A DNA stretch of 64,000 nt from a virus. Position 1 is the stretch's first letter. Each line of letters begins with the position of its first letter. A program made the position numbers and the translations under genes. The stretch lies in the IMG/VR virus record IMGVR_UViG_3300031726_000433, positions 34,722-98,721 of that record; one strand, given 5' to 3'. Shown one piece after another: positions 49,146-60,900 of this stretch. The notes under the pieces were generated by a model. It was given only the letters and a program-made list of their open reading frames with translations. It had not been told where the DNA came from and searched no databases.

Positions 49146-49916
49146 ATGCATAAACTAATTCTATCGATCTTGATGTCATTACTTCTTGTTTCATGTTCTT
49201 CATGTTTTAGAAGATATCCAGATCCATCTGGAAGAGATGCAAGAGAGATGATGTCACAGACTGTAAAGATAGACGTCACAGTACATGGAATGTCACTATC
49301 TTTAGATAAGGATGGTAACGTCATAAAGAAAGAAGATAAGGCTGAGTGGACCGGATCTGGTGTCGTTGTTGTCGTTGACCACGATTCAAATCTAAGTCTT
49401 GTCCTATCAGCTGATCACGTTGTCGATATTCCAAAGTTAATCGAGATGGAAGATGAAGAAGGCAATCCAAAGTTATTCTTTTCTAAGAGCGCTGTTATAA
49501 CTGTAGAAAGACTCAATGGATCAACTTGTAATGCAATTCCAGCTGAAATGGATCCAGATAATGATATCGGGACGATTGTAACAGATTGCATCGCTGGAGA
49601 GGCTGTTGTAATAGCTGACAGTCTTCCTCCAGTCGGATCTATAGTTACTGCTTCTGGAGCTCCACTTGGTATTCATCCAGCTGGAGTGTTCATCGTGACA
49701 GATGGTAGATACGTCGGTCTTGAAGAGAATGGCAAAGTAGTTGTTACACTTGCAACAACGTTTGGTGGTTCTGGTGGAGGAATCTTCTACAGAGGAAAGC
49801 TTTTTGGAATAGTTACGAATAAGGCTGGAAGATTTGAACATGCCAATACGGGGACATCTTTAGATCCAATCAAGAAAATAGTAAAGTCCGTCCTAGATAA
49901 AGCAAATGCCAATTGA
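49146..49916 (+). CDS. Trypsin-like serine protease, predicted lipoprotein
   Basis: Signal peptide with lipobox (MHKLILSILMSLLLVSC); GSGVVV, LSADHV (His), DNDIG (Asp), GGSGGG (Ser), LFGIV. Confidence 0.8.
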   Translation: MHKLILSILMSLLLVSCSSCFRRYPDPSGRDAREMMSQTVKIDVTVHGMSLSLDKDGNVIKKEDKAEWTGSGVVVVVDHDSNLSLVLSADHVVDIPKLIEMEDEEGNPKLFFSKSAVITVERLNGSTCNAIPAEMDPDNDIGTIVTDCIAGEAVVIADSLPPVGSIVTASGAPLGIHPAGVFIVTDGRYVGLEENGKVVVTLATTFGGSGGGIFYRGKLFGIVTNKAGRFEHANTGTSLDPIKKIVKSVLDKANAN

Positions 49917-50763
49917 GCACTCAGAATACCAGAATGTCACATTCGAAACAATAGATCAGGCTGTAGTATCGTGGTTTGATCAGACAGTTGATGCTCATGT
50001 TCTACAACCAAATGGTGATAGAAAAAAGGTAGTTGTTAACTTTTCAGCTGGAGAGCGCTGGATCACCGCACGTGAGCGCCGAGGCCTCCGTGATAAAAAT
50101 GGTGTACTTATCCTTCCGCTCATCTCTTTGCGTCGTACGGGCATCGAGCCTTCTCCAACCATGTCTGCTTTAGGTACCGAGACAGCCACTCTACAGATAT
50201 CAAAGAGAATTTCACCAAAGACAAATGACATTCAAAATCTTTACAAGAATAGAGATCCTCAATTTAGAACTCCATCTAAACCAACAGTTTATGAAGTTAC
50301 AACAATTCCATTTCCAGATAGATCAATCATATCATATGAAGTTCAAATTCAGGCACAGTATATTACACAAATGAATACTATCCTTGAAAAGATGTTTCAT
50401 GAACTAGATCTTAATAAATCATTTGTCGCACCATTTGAGAATGAAGGAAGACATCCGCCAATCGGTGTTCCATTCGAAGAAAGAAAACTTCTAGATAAAA
50501 GCTATGTCGTAGGATTTTTTGATGCTTCTGTTACTGATGGTGGTAACTTCGAAGAGTTCACAGATCAAGAAAGAATTGTAAGATTCAATACTTCCATTAG
50601 AGTACCAGCTGTTCTTCAATTGGATCCAGAGGGTGAGAAGCCATCTGTTCAAGTTGAAAGAACAGCATTCAAACTAGGATTCGCAGAAGAAAAGATCAAG
50701 TTTGTAGATGATCCATACGAACTAGAACTTATCTTCGGAGATGGAAAAGTAAGAGAGAAATAA
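49906..50763 (+). CDS. Tail terminator/sheath stabiliser (T4 gp15-like)
   Basis: ERW...LRDKNGVLILPLISLRRTGI, P.....ISYEVQI...QMNTILE; directly upstream of the sheath gene. Confidence 0.7.
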   Translation: MPIEHSEYQNVTFETIDQAVVSWFDQTVDAHVLQPNGDRKKVVVNFSAGERWITARERRGLRDKNGVLILPLISLRRTGIEPSPTMSALGTETATLQISKRISPKTNDIQNLYKNRDPQFRTPSKPTVYEVTTIPFPDRSIISYEVQIQAQYITQMNTILEKMFHELDLNKSFVAPFENEGRHPPIGVPFEERKLLDKSYVVGFFDASVTDGGNFEEFTDQERIVRFNTSIRVPAVLQLDPEGEKPSVQVERTAFKLGFAEEKIKFVDDPYELELIFGDGKVREK

Positions 50764-50802
50764 GAGAAATTGCAAGAAACGGTCATTTGAACCGCGTCTT
50801 TG

Positions 50803-50813
50803 CTAATTAGAAC
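50803..50813 (+). promoter_or_regulatory. Putative late promoter (TANTTA motif) for sheath
   Basis: CTAATTAGAAC. Confidence 0.55.
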
Positions 50814-50871
50814 GTGAAGGTGTCACCTTATATGTAGGTGCCCATCGTTAAATTTTCGGAGAGATAAAGAC

Positions 50872-53163
50872 ATGCAGAAATTTATGTCACCTGGGGTTTT
50901 TACCACTGAAGTTGATTTAAGCTTTCTGGCTCAAGGAGTTGCAGGAATCGGAGCCGTCCTCGTTGGTAGAACTCTGAAGGGACCAGCAATGGTTCCAATG
51001 TTTGTAAATGGTCTTGATTCATTTGCAAGTCTTTTTGGAGCTCCTACTCCAGGATACCAGCTTTCATATGCAGCCAAGAATTATCTAAAGAATTCAAATG
51101 CTTTGACTGTCGTAAGAGTTCTTGGACATGCTGATGGTACCACAACTACAAATGGATATACACTACCAGGAATTACAGGCATTTCAGACTCAGCTTCGGC
51201 TGGTCAACTTCTAGCAGTTCTTCACCACTCTGGTGCGGTATCTGTTGCTGGTGTTCCACTTGATGCAAACAACTTCATCGTTAGAGTTGGTTCAATCTTC
51301 GGTGCAACTGCTTCATTCCTCACATCTTCTGCGAACTACATCGAAAAGGTTCTTAACACAGACCCAACAAAGTTCTCTACATATGGTCACTATCTTTACC
51401 AGAACTTTAGCTATGTTACTCCAGCAGCTTCAGCTTCATGGGCTCCAGCCGGAGTAAGCGGCTCAACTCTTTCTTTTGCAAGAGACTTTACGCAAGGAAC
51501 TTCTGCCTGGACTACTTCACAACCAGTCGGTGGACAAGTATTCAATCTATTTAGATTCCACACATTGGCTCACGGTCGCGCAACAAATAATGATATCAAG
51601 GTGTTGATCGCGAATGTGAAGCCATCTCCAGCTCCAACAGCAACTCCGTTTGGAACATTCGATGTTATCGTAAGACAGTTCTCAGATACAGATCAAAGAG
51701 TTGTGACGCTCGAGACCTTTACAGGTTGCAACCTCGACCCATCTTCAAAGAACTTTATCTCTCGTGTAATCGGTGATCACCTAGAAGTATTCGATACAAC
51801 TCAGAGAAAGTTCCTAGGAAGCGGAGACTTCAACAGCAAGAGCAAGTTCGTCCGTGTAGAACTTGACACCTCAGTTAATGCCCCACTTGAAGCAATTCCA
51901 TTTGGACATAGAGGATACACTAAGGGACTCTTCTCTGGATCTGTCGCAACGATTCCAGATATGAAGTTGACACAGACTCAGTTCGATAGAGTTGGAAACC
52001 TTGATCAAAATATCTGCTGGGGAATTTCATTTGTATCTGGTGGAATCGAAGACAGAATGCGTGCAGATCCAAACAGCGCAGTTCTCTCTGCTGACTCTGA
52101 CTTCACGATGGCAAACTTGTCAGCCTCATGGCTAAATGGTAGACAGATTTGGACTCACGTTCCAAATCTTGCAGCAGCTTCACAGACAACTGCAATCTAC
52201 GCATCAGCTTCACTCTACAAGTTTAATCTTCCATTCCAGGGCGGGTTCGATGGTTGGGATCTTCGTGTGAATGATCCAACGTATCTATCAAACGTTTCAG
52301 ATGACACTGACATTGGCGTTCTATCTCTCAAGAGATCACTTGACACCATTGCAAATCCAGATGCATTCGATATGAATCTATTGGCGGTACCTGGTGTTCA
52401 CAACATCAAGGTAACAGATAAGGCTCGTGGAATCGTCAATGATCGTGGTGATGCTCTCTTTATCATGGACGTCACAGGATCGTCTGTATCAGAAGTTGTC
52501 GGTCAGTTGAAGGCTCGTGAAGTTGACGATAACTACACCGCATGCTACTACCCAGACATGAAGTTGAATGACAAGACAAATAACAGAATCATTAGAATTT
52601 CTCCGTCTGTCGCTGTTGTTGGTGCAATCGCATTCAGCGATAGAGTTGGACAAGTCTTCTTCGCTCCAGCTGGACTGAATCGTGGTGGACTTGGACAATT
52701 CGATATTGTCGACGTTGTCGATAGACTTACATTCCAGGACCGTAACGATCTATACGACAACAGAATCAATCCAATTGCGACATTCCCAAATGAAGGAATC
52801 GTTGTGTTTGGACAGAAGACACTTCAGATCAAGGCATCAGCCCTTGATAGAATCAATGTTCGTAGATTGTTGATCTATGCCAAGAAGACGATTGCTTCCG
52901 CAGCTAAGCTTCTTCTATTCGAGCCAAACAACTCTTCAACTTGGCAGCGTTTCTTGAACACAGTCAATCCTATCTTGGAAACTGTGCGTCAGAATCAAGG
53001 ACTTGAAAGATTCAAGGTTGTAATGGACACAACCACGAATACTCCAGACTTGATCGATAGAAACGTAATGACTGGAAAGATCTTCTTGCAACCAACGAAG
53101 GCAGCTGAATTCATCGACCTTTCATTCATCATCACAAATGCAGGTGTTGCATTCGGCGAATAA
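50872..53163 (+). CDS. gp18: Contractile tail sheath protein (T4 gp18-like)
   Basis: SPGVFTTEVDLS, VGRTLKGP, FAPAGLNRG, RINPIATFP..GIVVFGQKTLQ..SALDRINVRRLL, LFEPN, LQPTKAAEFI. Confidence 0.96.
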   Translation: MQKFMSPGVFTTEVDLSFLAQGVAGIGAVLVGRTLKGPAMVPMFVNGLDSFASLFGAPTPGYQLSYAAKNYLKNSNALTVVRVLGHADGTTTTNGYTLPGITGISDSASAGQLLAVLHHSGAVSVAGVPLDANNFIVRVGSIFGATASFLTSSANYIEKVLNTDPTKFSTYGHYLYQNFSYVTPAASASWAPAGVSGSTLSFARDFTQGTSAWTTSQPVGGQVFNLFRFHTLAHGRATNNDIKVLIANVKPSPAPTATPFGTFDVIVRQFSDTDQRVVTLETFTGCNLDPSSKNFISRVIGDHLEVFDTTQRKFLGSGDFNSKSKFVRVELDTSVNAPLEAIPFGHRGYTKGLFSGSVATIPDMKLTQTQFDRVGNLDQNICWGISFVSGGIEDRMRADPNSAVLSADSDFTMANLSASWLNGRQIWTHVPNLAAASQTTAIYASASLYKFNLPFQGGFDGWDLRVNDPTYLSNVSDDTDIGVLSLKRSLDTIANPDAFDMNLLAVPGVHNIKVTDKARGIVNDRGDALFIMDVTGSSVSEVVGQLKAREVDDNYTACYYPDMKLNDKTNNRIIRISPSVAVVGAIAFSDRVGQVFFAPAGLNRGGLGQFDIVDVVDRLTFQDRNDLYDNRINPIATFPNEGIVVFGQKTLQIKASALDRINVRRLLIYAKKTIASAAKLLLFEPNNSSTWQRFLNTVNPILETVRQNQGLERFKVVMDTTTNTPDLIDRNVMTGKIFLQPTKAAEFIDLSFIITNAGVAFGE

Positions 53164-53184
53164 CAGAATTTGAATAACGTTTAC

Positions 53185-53224
53185 TTGGGGATTGGGGTCT
53201 AAAGTCCCAATCCCCAAATTTTTA
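53185..53224 (+). terminator. Intrinsic terminator-like hairpin after the sheath gene
   Basis: TTGGGGATTGGG / CCCAATCCCCAA 12-bp stem followed by ATTTTTT. Confidence 0.7.
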
Positions 53225-53237
53225 GGAGAATACAAAG

Positions 53238-53633
53238 ATGCCAGCAATAGGCGACGCAATGGTAGCTCTTCCGCTATCTTCATCATTCAACGATCCTTGG
53301 GTTCACCAAAGAACAGTTATGCACACGAGAACCGCGACTGTGACTGTTATAACTGGATCAACCTCAAGTCAGTTAGCTCTTCCAGCTAATGCAAGTCGTC
53401 TCGGATATATTTTAGTAAATGATTCTCCAAGTCTTGTATATATGAAGTATGGATCTGGGCCAGCAAATTCAAACGCATTCTCAGTTATTCTTCCGCCGAT
53501 TGATCTTGCAGCAACTGCGTGGAAGTCTGCAATAGAACATGAGAACGTTGGTGTGGGTGTGTTCACGGGACAAATTCATGTTGTATGGTCGAGCGGTTCA
53601 ACTGGAAGTTTGAGGATCACGGAATTCACATAA
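53238..53633 (+). CDS. Small beta-rich virion protein (paralog of 54546..54917)
   Basis: ANASRLGYILVNDS..LVYMKYG...FSVIL...FTGQIHVVW...GSLRITEFT. Confidence 0.55.
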   Translation: MPAIGDAMVALPLSSSFNDPWVHQRTVMHTRTATVTVITGSTSSQLALPANASRLGYILVNDSPSLVYMKYGSGPANSNAFSVILPPIDLAATAWKSAIEHENVGVGVFTGQIHVVWSSGSTGSLRITEFT

Positions 53634-53634
53634 T

Positions 53635-53949
53635 ATGTCATGGTTTCCAGATAGCATAGTTGGATATCCTGTAAGTGGCTCAGAGCTAGGATTAATTGTA
53701 CGTCCTATTGGAGCCGGAGTTAACGGAGCTGTTCCTGTTCAACTTGCGGGATCATCTGGAAGTGGATCACTTCAGGTATCTGGATCAGTTAGTGTTTCTA
53801 ATCTATCTGACATTAGAGATGTAAATGTCGGGTATCTACTTGGAAGCATACTTATGGAGTTGAGGTATGTTAACTTTCATCTTTCAAAGATGACTGGGAT
53901 AGAAGATGTAGAAAGTGAAATAGATGCAGAAGAAGATTCCGAGGAATAA
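53635..53949 (+). CDS. Small hypothetical protein
   Basis: SGS-rich centre, LLGSILMELRYVNFHLSKMTG helix, acidic tail. Confidence 0.5.
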   Translation: MSWFPDSIVGYPVSGSELGLIVRPIGAGVNGAVPVQLAGSSGSGSLQVSGSVSVSNLSDIRDVNVGYLLGSILMELRYVNFHLSKMTGIEDVESEIDAEEDSEE

Positions 53950-53951
53950 AA

Positions 53952-54536
53952 ATGATTATTAAAGATCCATACACAGGTTTAGCTGCAAGAGTTGAAGAAG
54001 GTGGAAAACTCTTGACTGAATCTACAACAGAGTCTGAATTTCATGCTATATCCGAAGAAGGCGGAGGATATTCAGTAGGCCTTTATCAAACAGCTAATGC
54101 TTTTGTTGTTCCTCCAACTAGCGGATCTGCACTAATTTTTCTAAAAAACACGAGTGATAGTCAAGATATCATCTTAGAAAAGATCATGGTGTCTTCAAAT
54201 TCATCTCAACCAATAAGATTTGACGTAGAAGTTGGAAACACAATTGGTACAATTAGCAACGGTGCGGCTGTCGTACCAATCAACAACTCGACGCAACACT
54301 CTAATCAACCACCCGTTACATGCTACATTTGGGATGGCGTCAGTTCGATGAGTGGCATAAACGCAAATGGTGATAAGGTTTACAATTTTTATGCCGGTCC
54401 TGGACTTACACAATGCTCAACTGAATCTTCTAGATTCATAGGACCAAATAGCTCGTTTGTTATAAACGTGTATGGAGATGATGTGACGAAGATAACATTC
54501 TTTATATCATTTTATATGGAAGACATTTCGGAGTGA
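53952..54536 (+). CDS. Hypothetical beta-rich protein
   Basis: 194-aa ORF with GAGG SD inside the cassette. Confidence 0.5.
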   Translation: MIIKDPYTGLAARVEEGGKLLTESTTESEFHAISEEGGGYSVGLYQTANAFVVPPTSGSALIFLKNTSDSQDIILEKIMVSSNSSQPIRFDVEVGNTIGTISNGAAVVPINNSTQHSNQPPVTCYIWDGVSSMSGINANGDKVYNFYAGPGLTQCSTESSRFIGPNSSFVINVYGDDVTKITFFISFYMEDISE

Positions 54537-54545
54537 TAGAAAAGG

Positions 54546-54917
54546 ATGCCACTAGACATCCACATAATAGATCCAGGAACTGGAAATACAGCCAAGGTTA
54601 CAGATGGAGCCGTTCATGTAACTGGATCTGTAGTAACAGAGACGTGTCCCACATATGGATCATCAAGCTTAGCATATGCAACTTCTTCAAGTATTGCTCT
54701 TTTAGCTGCGAAAACAAGAGCTGGATTTTCTATTTATAATCATTCAATGGGTGTTTTGTATATCAAAATGGGAACAACAGTTTCGACTTCTTCATTTTCA
54801 GTAGCACTAGTTCCAAATGCATTCTATGAGTCTCAGAATGCATACTCAGGACAGGTATCTGGAATTTGGGAACCACCTTTGACAGGGAGCGCTCAGGTAA
54901 CTGAGTTTACTTGCTAA
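54546..54917 (+). CDS. Small beta-rich virion protein (paralog of 53238..53633)
   Basis: AKTRAGFSIYNHS..VLYIKMG...FSVAL...YSGQVSGIW...GSAQVTEFT. Confidence 0.55.
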   Translation: MPLDIHIIDPGTGNTAKVTDGAVHVTGSVVTETCPTYGSSSLAYATSSSIALLAAKTRAGFSIYNHSMGVLYIKMGTTVSTSSFSVALVPNAFYESQNAYSGQVSGIWEPPLTGSAQVTEFTC

Positions 54918-57900
54918 TGCCATTATACTCTCCTGGACAACAGATTTCAATAAACCTTTCACAGACAGTGAATGGTGTAGCTTCTATTTCTGCAGGAACT
55001 GGTGGAGTAACAGGTCCCGCTGTTTCATTTGCAGATTCAAATGGTGTTTCGTTCGGAATAGTTACTGACTCGAATGGAGGAACCATCACTGCTTCCGCAG
55101 CTGGAGGAATAGGTGGATCTGGAAATAAGATTGCGGCAGGCACACAGACTGCTAATGGAACTGCCACTGTAGTATTCTCGAATAGCAACGGTTTGACGTT
55201 TGGTATGTCGAATCAGTCTGTCATTACAGCCTCATATACTCAGTCAACTCATTCACACTCGACAGCTCCAGCGGCCATCGGAGCAGGAACGACAAGAGGT
55301 ACGGCTGGAACGATTTCATTCTCAAATAGTAATAACATCACGTTTGGAATGAATGGAAATACAATTACGGCATCTGCTTCATATTCTCAATCAACCGCAC
55401 CAGGTGCTTTAGCTGCAGCTGGTTCAACGTTAACGAATGGAACGGCTGTATTTTCTAACTCTAACAATATAAGTTTCGGTCTAAATGGAAGCACGATCAC
55501 GGCTTCTGCTTCATACAGTCAATCTACGTCTCCTGGAGCAATAGCGGCAGGCACACAGACTGGAACATCTGGGACTGTGGTGTTCGCTGACTCAAATGGA
55601 ATAGCATTTGGTATGTCTGGTTCTAGCCAGATAACAGCTTCATACACTCAATCTACTCACTCACACTCAACAGCTCCAGCTGCAGTATCTGCAGGAACAA
55701 CATTGGCTACAAGTGGAACGATTTCATTTGCCGATGGAAACAATGTTTCATTTGGAATGGATGCTGGAACAATTACAGCTTCTGCATCATATAGTCAATC
55801 AACCCATTCACATTCTACAGCTCCAGGAGCTATAGCTGCAGGAACGCAGACTGCAACTTCTGGAACTATAGTCTTCGCAGATTCAAATGGGTTATCGTTT
55901 GGACTATCTGGTTCAAGTCAGATAACAGCATCTTACACTCAGTCTACACACTCTCATTCTACGGCTCCTGGAGCAATCGCAGCCGGAACAACGAATGCTA
56001 CGAGTGGGACAGTATCATTTGCAAATTCAAACGGTCTTGCGTTTGGCATGAATGCTGGAACGATAACTGGTTCTTACACTGTCCCAACACAGTCAGTACA
56101 GTCATACAATGTAAATGCGGCTGGTACACAGACCGCTAATACTACTGGAACTGTAGTGTTTAGTAATTCAAACAATATATCGTTTGGAATGACTAACAAT
56201 TCTATAATAACAGCGTCTGCTTCTTACTCACAGTCAACTGCGCCGGGTGGATTGGCTGCAGGAACTCAAACGGCAACGTCTGGTACAGTGGTGTTCGTCA
56301 ACTCAAATGATTTTACATTTGGTATGACGAACAGTTCTCAGATCACGGCTTCATTTTCTCAGTCAACACACTCACATTCGACAGCCCCTGCCGCTATAGC
56401 TGCTGGTGGGTCAACTGCGACGAATGGTACTATCGTTCTTTCTAACTCGAACAATGTATCATTTGGATTCAACGGTTCAACTATAACAGCGTCAGCTTCG
56501 TATAGTCAGTCTACATCACCGGCTGGCTTCGCAGTAAATGCATCCACTGAGACAAACGGAACAATCGTCTTCACGAATAGCAACAATGTTTCGTTCGGAT
56601 TCAATGGATCAACTGTCACTGCCTCTGCTTCATTCCCTGCTCAGACTGCTCAATCAGCTATCAGAGGTCTTGGCGTAAGCAACACTGGAACCACAGCTGG
56701 AAACACTGGAGTGTCGACCGGAGTCGATTGGGTAATTGCCGGCAGTGGTAACATTACAGCATCGCAGTCGACAGCTGCAGGTGGTCCGAACACAATCTGG
56801 TTGTCAGTACCAGCAGCTGGAGCATTTGGTGGAGTGGCAGCAGGTGGTTCCACTGAGACGAATGGCACAGTTGTATTCTCGAACTCAAATAACGTTAGCT
56901 TCGGATTCAATGGTTCTACGATAACAGCGACAGCTTCTTACTCTCAGTCTACTGCTCCAGCAGCAATTGCAGCAGCTGGTTCTACAACCACGAATGGAAC
57001 TGTCGTATTCTCGAACTCGAATAACGTTTCATTCGGAATGAATGGAAGCGTTATAACAGCAACTGTAACGATGACTCCAGGAGCCGGAGACGGATTCAAT
57101 AATATCGCAGCAGGTACTCAGACGGCAGGAACTTCTGGAACAGTTGCATTTTTGAATTCTAATAATGTGACATTTGGCATGACTAACAGCTCTCAAGTCA
57201 CAGCTTCATTCTCTTATAGTCAATCAACGGCTCCATCTGGTATCGCTGCATCAAATGCTTCTACCGTAACTAACGGTGTCGTCCAGTTCGCGAATGGAAA
57301 TAACGTAACATTCGGACTGAACGGTTCTACTATCACTGCTTCAGCTTCATACAGTCAATCTACACAACCAACGATCAAGGGTCTTGGTGCTTCCAATACT
57401 GGAAACACAGCTGGAAATACTGGAACATTCACTGGTGTAGACTGGGCTATAGCAGGATCTGGCGGAATTACAGCTTCTGGTTCTACCACGAACGCAACAG
57501 GTCCTCATACTCTATGGTTGTCAGTTCCAACAGGAGCTTCTGCGACAGGAAATCTTGGCGGAGTTGCTGGATCTGGAGCATCAACTGTAACGGGCGGGAC
57601 TGTTCAATTTGGAAATGCAAATGGTGTGTCATTCGGTCTAAACGGATCGACGATGACTGCTTCTTATACTCAGTCTACATCTCCTTCTGGCATTGCAGCA
57701 TCAAATGCTTCCACTGTCACGAATGGCACTGTACAATTCGCAAATGGAAATAACATAACATTCGGATTGAATGGAAGCACGATTACAGCATCGGCCTCTT
57801 ACTCACAGTCAACTGCACCAGGCGGATTTGCAGTCAACGCTTCCACAGAGACAAATGGCACGATCGTCTTCACCAACTCTAATAACGTAAGCTTCGGATT

Positions 57901-60900
57901 TAACGGTTCGACGGTGACGGCTTCAGCATCATTTGCTCAAACTAATCAATCTGCAATTAAGGGATTCGGTATTTCTAATACAGGAACAACTGCTGGAACA
58001 TCTGGCATGTTTACTGGTGTAGATTGGGTCCTTGCAGCTTCTGGAAACATTACGGCTTCTGGCTCTACAACGAATGCTACTGGTCCTCATACTCTATGGT
58101 TGTCAGTACCTGCACAATCAACTGTACCAGCTGCAGTTGCTGTAAACGGTTCAACTGTAACAAACGGAACTGTCGTATTCTCCAATAGCAACGGTGTTTC
58201 ATTCGGAATGAATGGATCTACTATCACCGTTACAGTTACTCCAGGTGCCGCTGCTGGAATCGCAGCTCAAGCAGCAGGAACTCAAACTGCAACGTCTGGA
58301 ACTGTAGTTTTTGCTAACTCTAACAACTTCACATTCGGGATGAGTGGAAGTTCTCAGATTACAGCATCATTCTCTGAATCTACTCACGGTCATACTTTCA
58401 ATCAGCTTGCAGCAGGTACTCAGACAGCTGCAAATGGAAGTACGGTTGTATTTTCAAATAGTAATAACTTTACATTCGGAATGACAAATAGCAGCATCAT
58501 TACTGCTTCATTCTCAGAATCTACTCACGGACACACGTTTAATCAATTGGCGGCTGGTACACAGACTGGCGCTAATTCAAGTACCGTAGTCTTCTCGAAC
58601 AGTAACAATGTAACGTTCGGCATGACAAATAGTTCTATTATTACAGCGTCCTTCTCATACACACAGTCTACTTCTCCAGCAGCACTTGCAGTTAATGCCG
58701 CAGGGTCTATAACTGGTGGTACAGCGGTCTTCTCAAACTCTAACAACGTGACGTTCGGTCTGAACGGTTCTACTGTAACTGCCTCAGCTTCATTTGCTGC
58801 CCAGACAACACAATCTGCAATCAAGGGTTTAGGTGTTTCAAATACAGGTACAACAGCTGGTAACACTGGAGTCTTTACTGGCGTAGACTGGGCAATCGCA
58901 GCGTCAGGAAATATCACAGCATCTGGTTCTACCACCAACGCGACTGGTCCTCACACACTCTGGCTTTCAGTTCCAGCTCAATCAACTGTTCCAGCTGGCT
59001 TTGCAGTTAACGCTTCGACCGAGACAAATGGAACCATTGTCTTTACAAATAGTAACAACGTTTCATTCGGTTTCAATGGATCTACCGTAACAGCTTCAGC
59101 TACATTCGCCCAAACAGCTCAGTCTGCGATTAGAGGTCTTGGAGTTTCTAACACTGGAAACACAGCTGGAAACACTGGTGTTTCAACAGGAATAGATTGG
59201 GTTATTGCTGGTTCGAATAACATAACTGTCTCACAGTCGACAGCTGTAGGTGGTCCGAATACGATTTGGATCAACCAGACTGGAGGCGGAGGCGCTGGCG
59301 ACGGGTACAATATTCTTGCAGCTGGTACTCAGACAGCAAATACGACAGGAACAGTTGTCTTTGTAAATAGTAATAACTTCACGTTCGGAATGTCTAATAA
59401 CTCTCAGATCACAGCTTCATTCTCTGAGTCAACGCACGGACATACATTCAACCAGGTCGCTGCAGGAACTCAAACTGGTGCAAATGGAAGTACTGTAGTC
59501 TTCTCGAACTCCAACAACGTGTCCTTTGGAATGACGAACAGCTCTATTGTTACTGCTTCGTTCTCATACACACAGTCTACGTCACCAGCTGGTATCGCAG
59601 GTTCTGGCGCATCGACCGTAACAAATGGAACAATTCAGTTTGCAAATTTGAACGGCATCTCGTTTGGACTAAATGGTAGTACCATGACAGCTTCTGTATT
59701 TCCACATGCTCATGCGGCAGGTGGAGTTACATTTACTGGTACTTCTGGTACAGTTGTATTCTCGAACTCAAATAACGTTTCATTCGGATTGGGCGGTGCT
59801 GGTAGCACCATAATGACAGCTTCTGCTTCGTTTGCTCAGACGACGCAGTCTGCAATTAGAGGTCTAGGTGTTTCTAATACTGGAACGACTGCTGGTAACA
59901 CTGGTATATCAACAGGTGTAGATTGGGTAATTGCAGGATCTGGAAATATTACAGCCTCACAATCTACCGCTGTTGGTGGACCAAATACAATTTGGTTGTC
60001 CGTCCCAACTGGCGGTGGTGGAGGTGCTGCAATTTCAGCCGCTGGTGGTTCTCAATCTACTGGAACTGTTATATTTTCTAACTCAAACGGTATATCGTTT
60101 GGATACAACGCTGGAACGATAACTGCTACAGTAACTCCAGGTGCCGCTGCTGGAATCGCCGCTATGGGTGCTGGAACACAGACAGTGACATCTGGAACAA
60201 TAATATTCGCTGACTCAAATGGAATTGCATTCGGTCTATCTGGCTCAAGTCAGATAACGGCATCATACAATGATGTAGATTTTAACTTTGCAGTTCCAGG
60301 AACAACTCTTGCGTCAAATGCTGGCGGCTCAATTGTATTCTCAAACTCAAACGGTGTTTCTTTCGGAATAAACGGTTCAACGATAACTGCGTCTGTAAAC
60401 GGATTCACGGCGTCAACTGCTCAAAATAGACAATTGGGAGCATCAACCACAATCGCCCCAGGACAAAGCAGTTTGTGGTTATCTCCAATTAGACTTCCAA
60501 ATCCTCTATCTGCTTCAACGATGATGATCATTCAGAGCTTTTCTGGCACAATAACATCTGCTGCAACTGCACAATTTGGACAGAGTTTGTTGATGGCTCT
60601 CTATTCTCAGAATGCAACCAATACTTCTAGATTCGATACATACTGGACTGGAGCAAAGAGCATGACGTTCTGGAACAGCGGAACTTCAAGTTACTCTTAT
60701 AGCTACGATACTTTTAGCAGTTCTAGCGCAGGAAGCAACATCGGAACTGCAAGCATCATGGGATTGAGAATGCACAACTTCACAATAGGATCAATAATTC
60801 CAGCTGGTTTGTATCTGGCTGCGTTTCTTCCAATAACATCTTCTGCTGGATATTCTGCTGCAATGTCAAGAGCTGTTATGGTATACGACGCACCAATTCC

